DNA from: a phage
DNA length: 64,000 nt
Sequence record: PZ386967.1
Strand: one strand, 5' to 3'
The first letter of the stretch is position 1. Every line of letters begins with the position of its first letter. Under the pieces are notes generated by a model, which saw nothing but the letters and a program-made list of their open reading frames with translations, did not search any database and was not told the origin of the DNA. A program made the translations under genes and the position numbers. This document shows positions 63,963 to 64,000 of this stretch, one piece after another.

Positions 63963-64000
63963 TTGGAAGATAGAGATGTCATCTTCCTTGGGGTACAGAC

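Noticed and set aside
1-64000. tRNA genes, CRISPR arrays, transposases, integrases, homing endonucleases
   Set aside because: No tRNA-like GTTCGAATC T-arm signatures, no regularly spaced direct repeats and no recombinase or HNH/GIY-YIG motifs were seen by eye. A tRNAscan or profile search would be needed to exclude them formally.

Overview
This window reads as a contiguous segment of a large lytic T4-like myovirus genome (T4 core genes present but in non-T4 order, and by eye much less AT-rich than T4). It is densely packed with about 95 protein-coding genes and no tRNA, CRISPR or mobile element was seen. Most + strand genes are early/middle functions: HU-like protein, XPD/DinG-like helicase, RNase HI, gp55-gp47-gp46, primase gp61, endolysin, PhoH, NrdA/NrdB/glutaredoxin, gp32, UvsX, gp41 helicase and DNA ligase. 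Minus-strand islands carry late baseplate/tail genes (gp5-like spike with CHAP domain, gp25, gp27/gp29 hub and tape-measure module) plus a terminal block with dCMP deaminase and a metallophosphoesterase. The most interesting candidate system is a six-gene translationally coupled operon (41435-45869): P-loop kinase, thymidylate-synthase-family pyrimidine hydroxymethylase-like enzyme, dNMP kinase gp1-like, gp56-like NTP pyrophosphatase, an unknown protein and UvsX, which suggests hydroxymethyl-pyrimidine or hypermodified DNA. Other notable items are an ACP-like protein lacking the carrier serine, a PspA-like protein beside a holin-like membrane protein, a recurrent early promoter family (TTTACT-N17-TATWMT) fused to terminator hairpins, and a conserved translation-initiation leader (AGGAACTATATC-ATG). 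All calls come from reading the translations and sequence by eye against remembered family motifs; no database search was run. CDS coordinates follow the supplied ORF track (stop codon included) with starts trimmed where an RBS-proximal internal Met was evident; regulatory-site coordinates are approximate.
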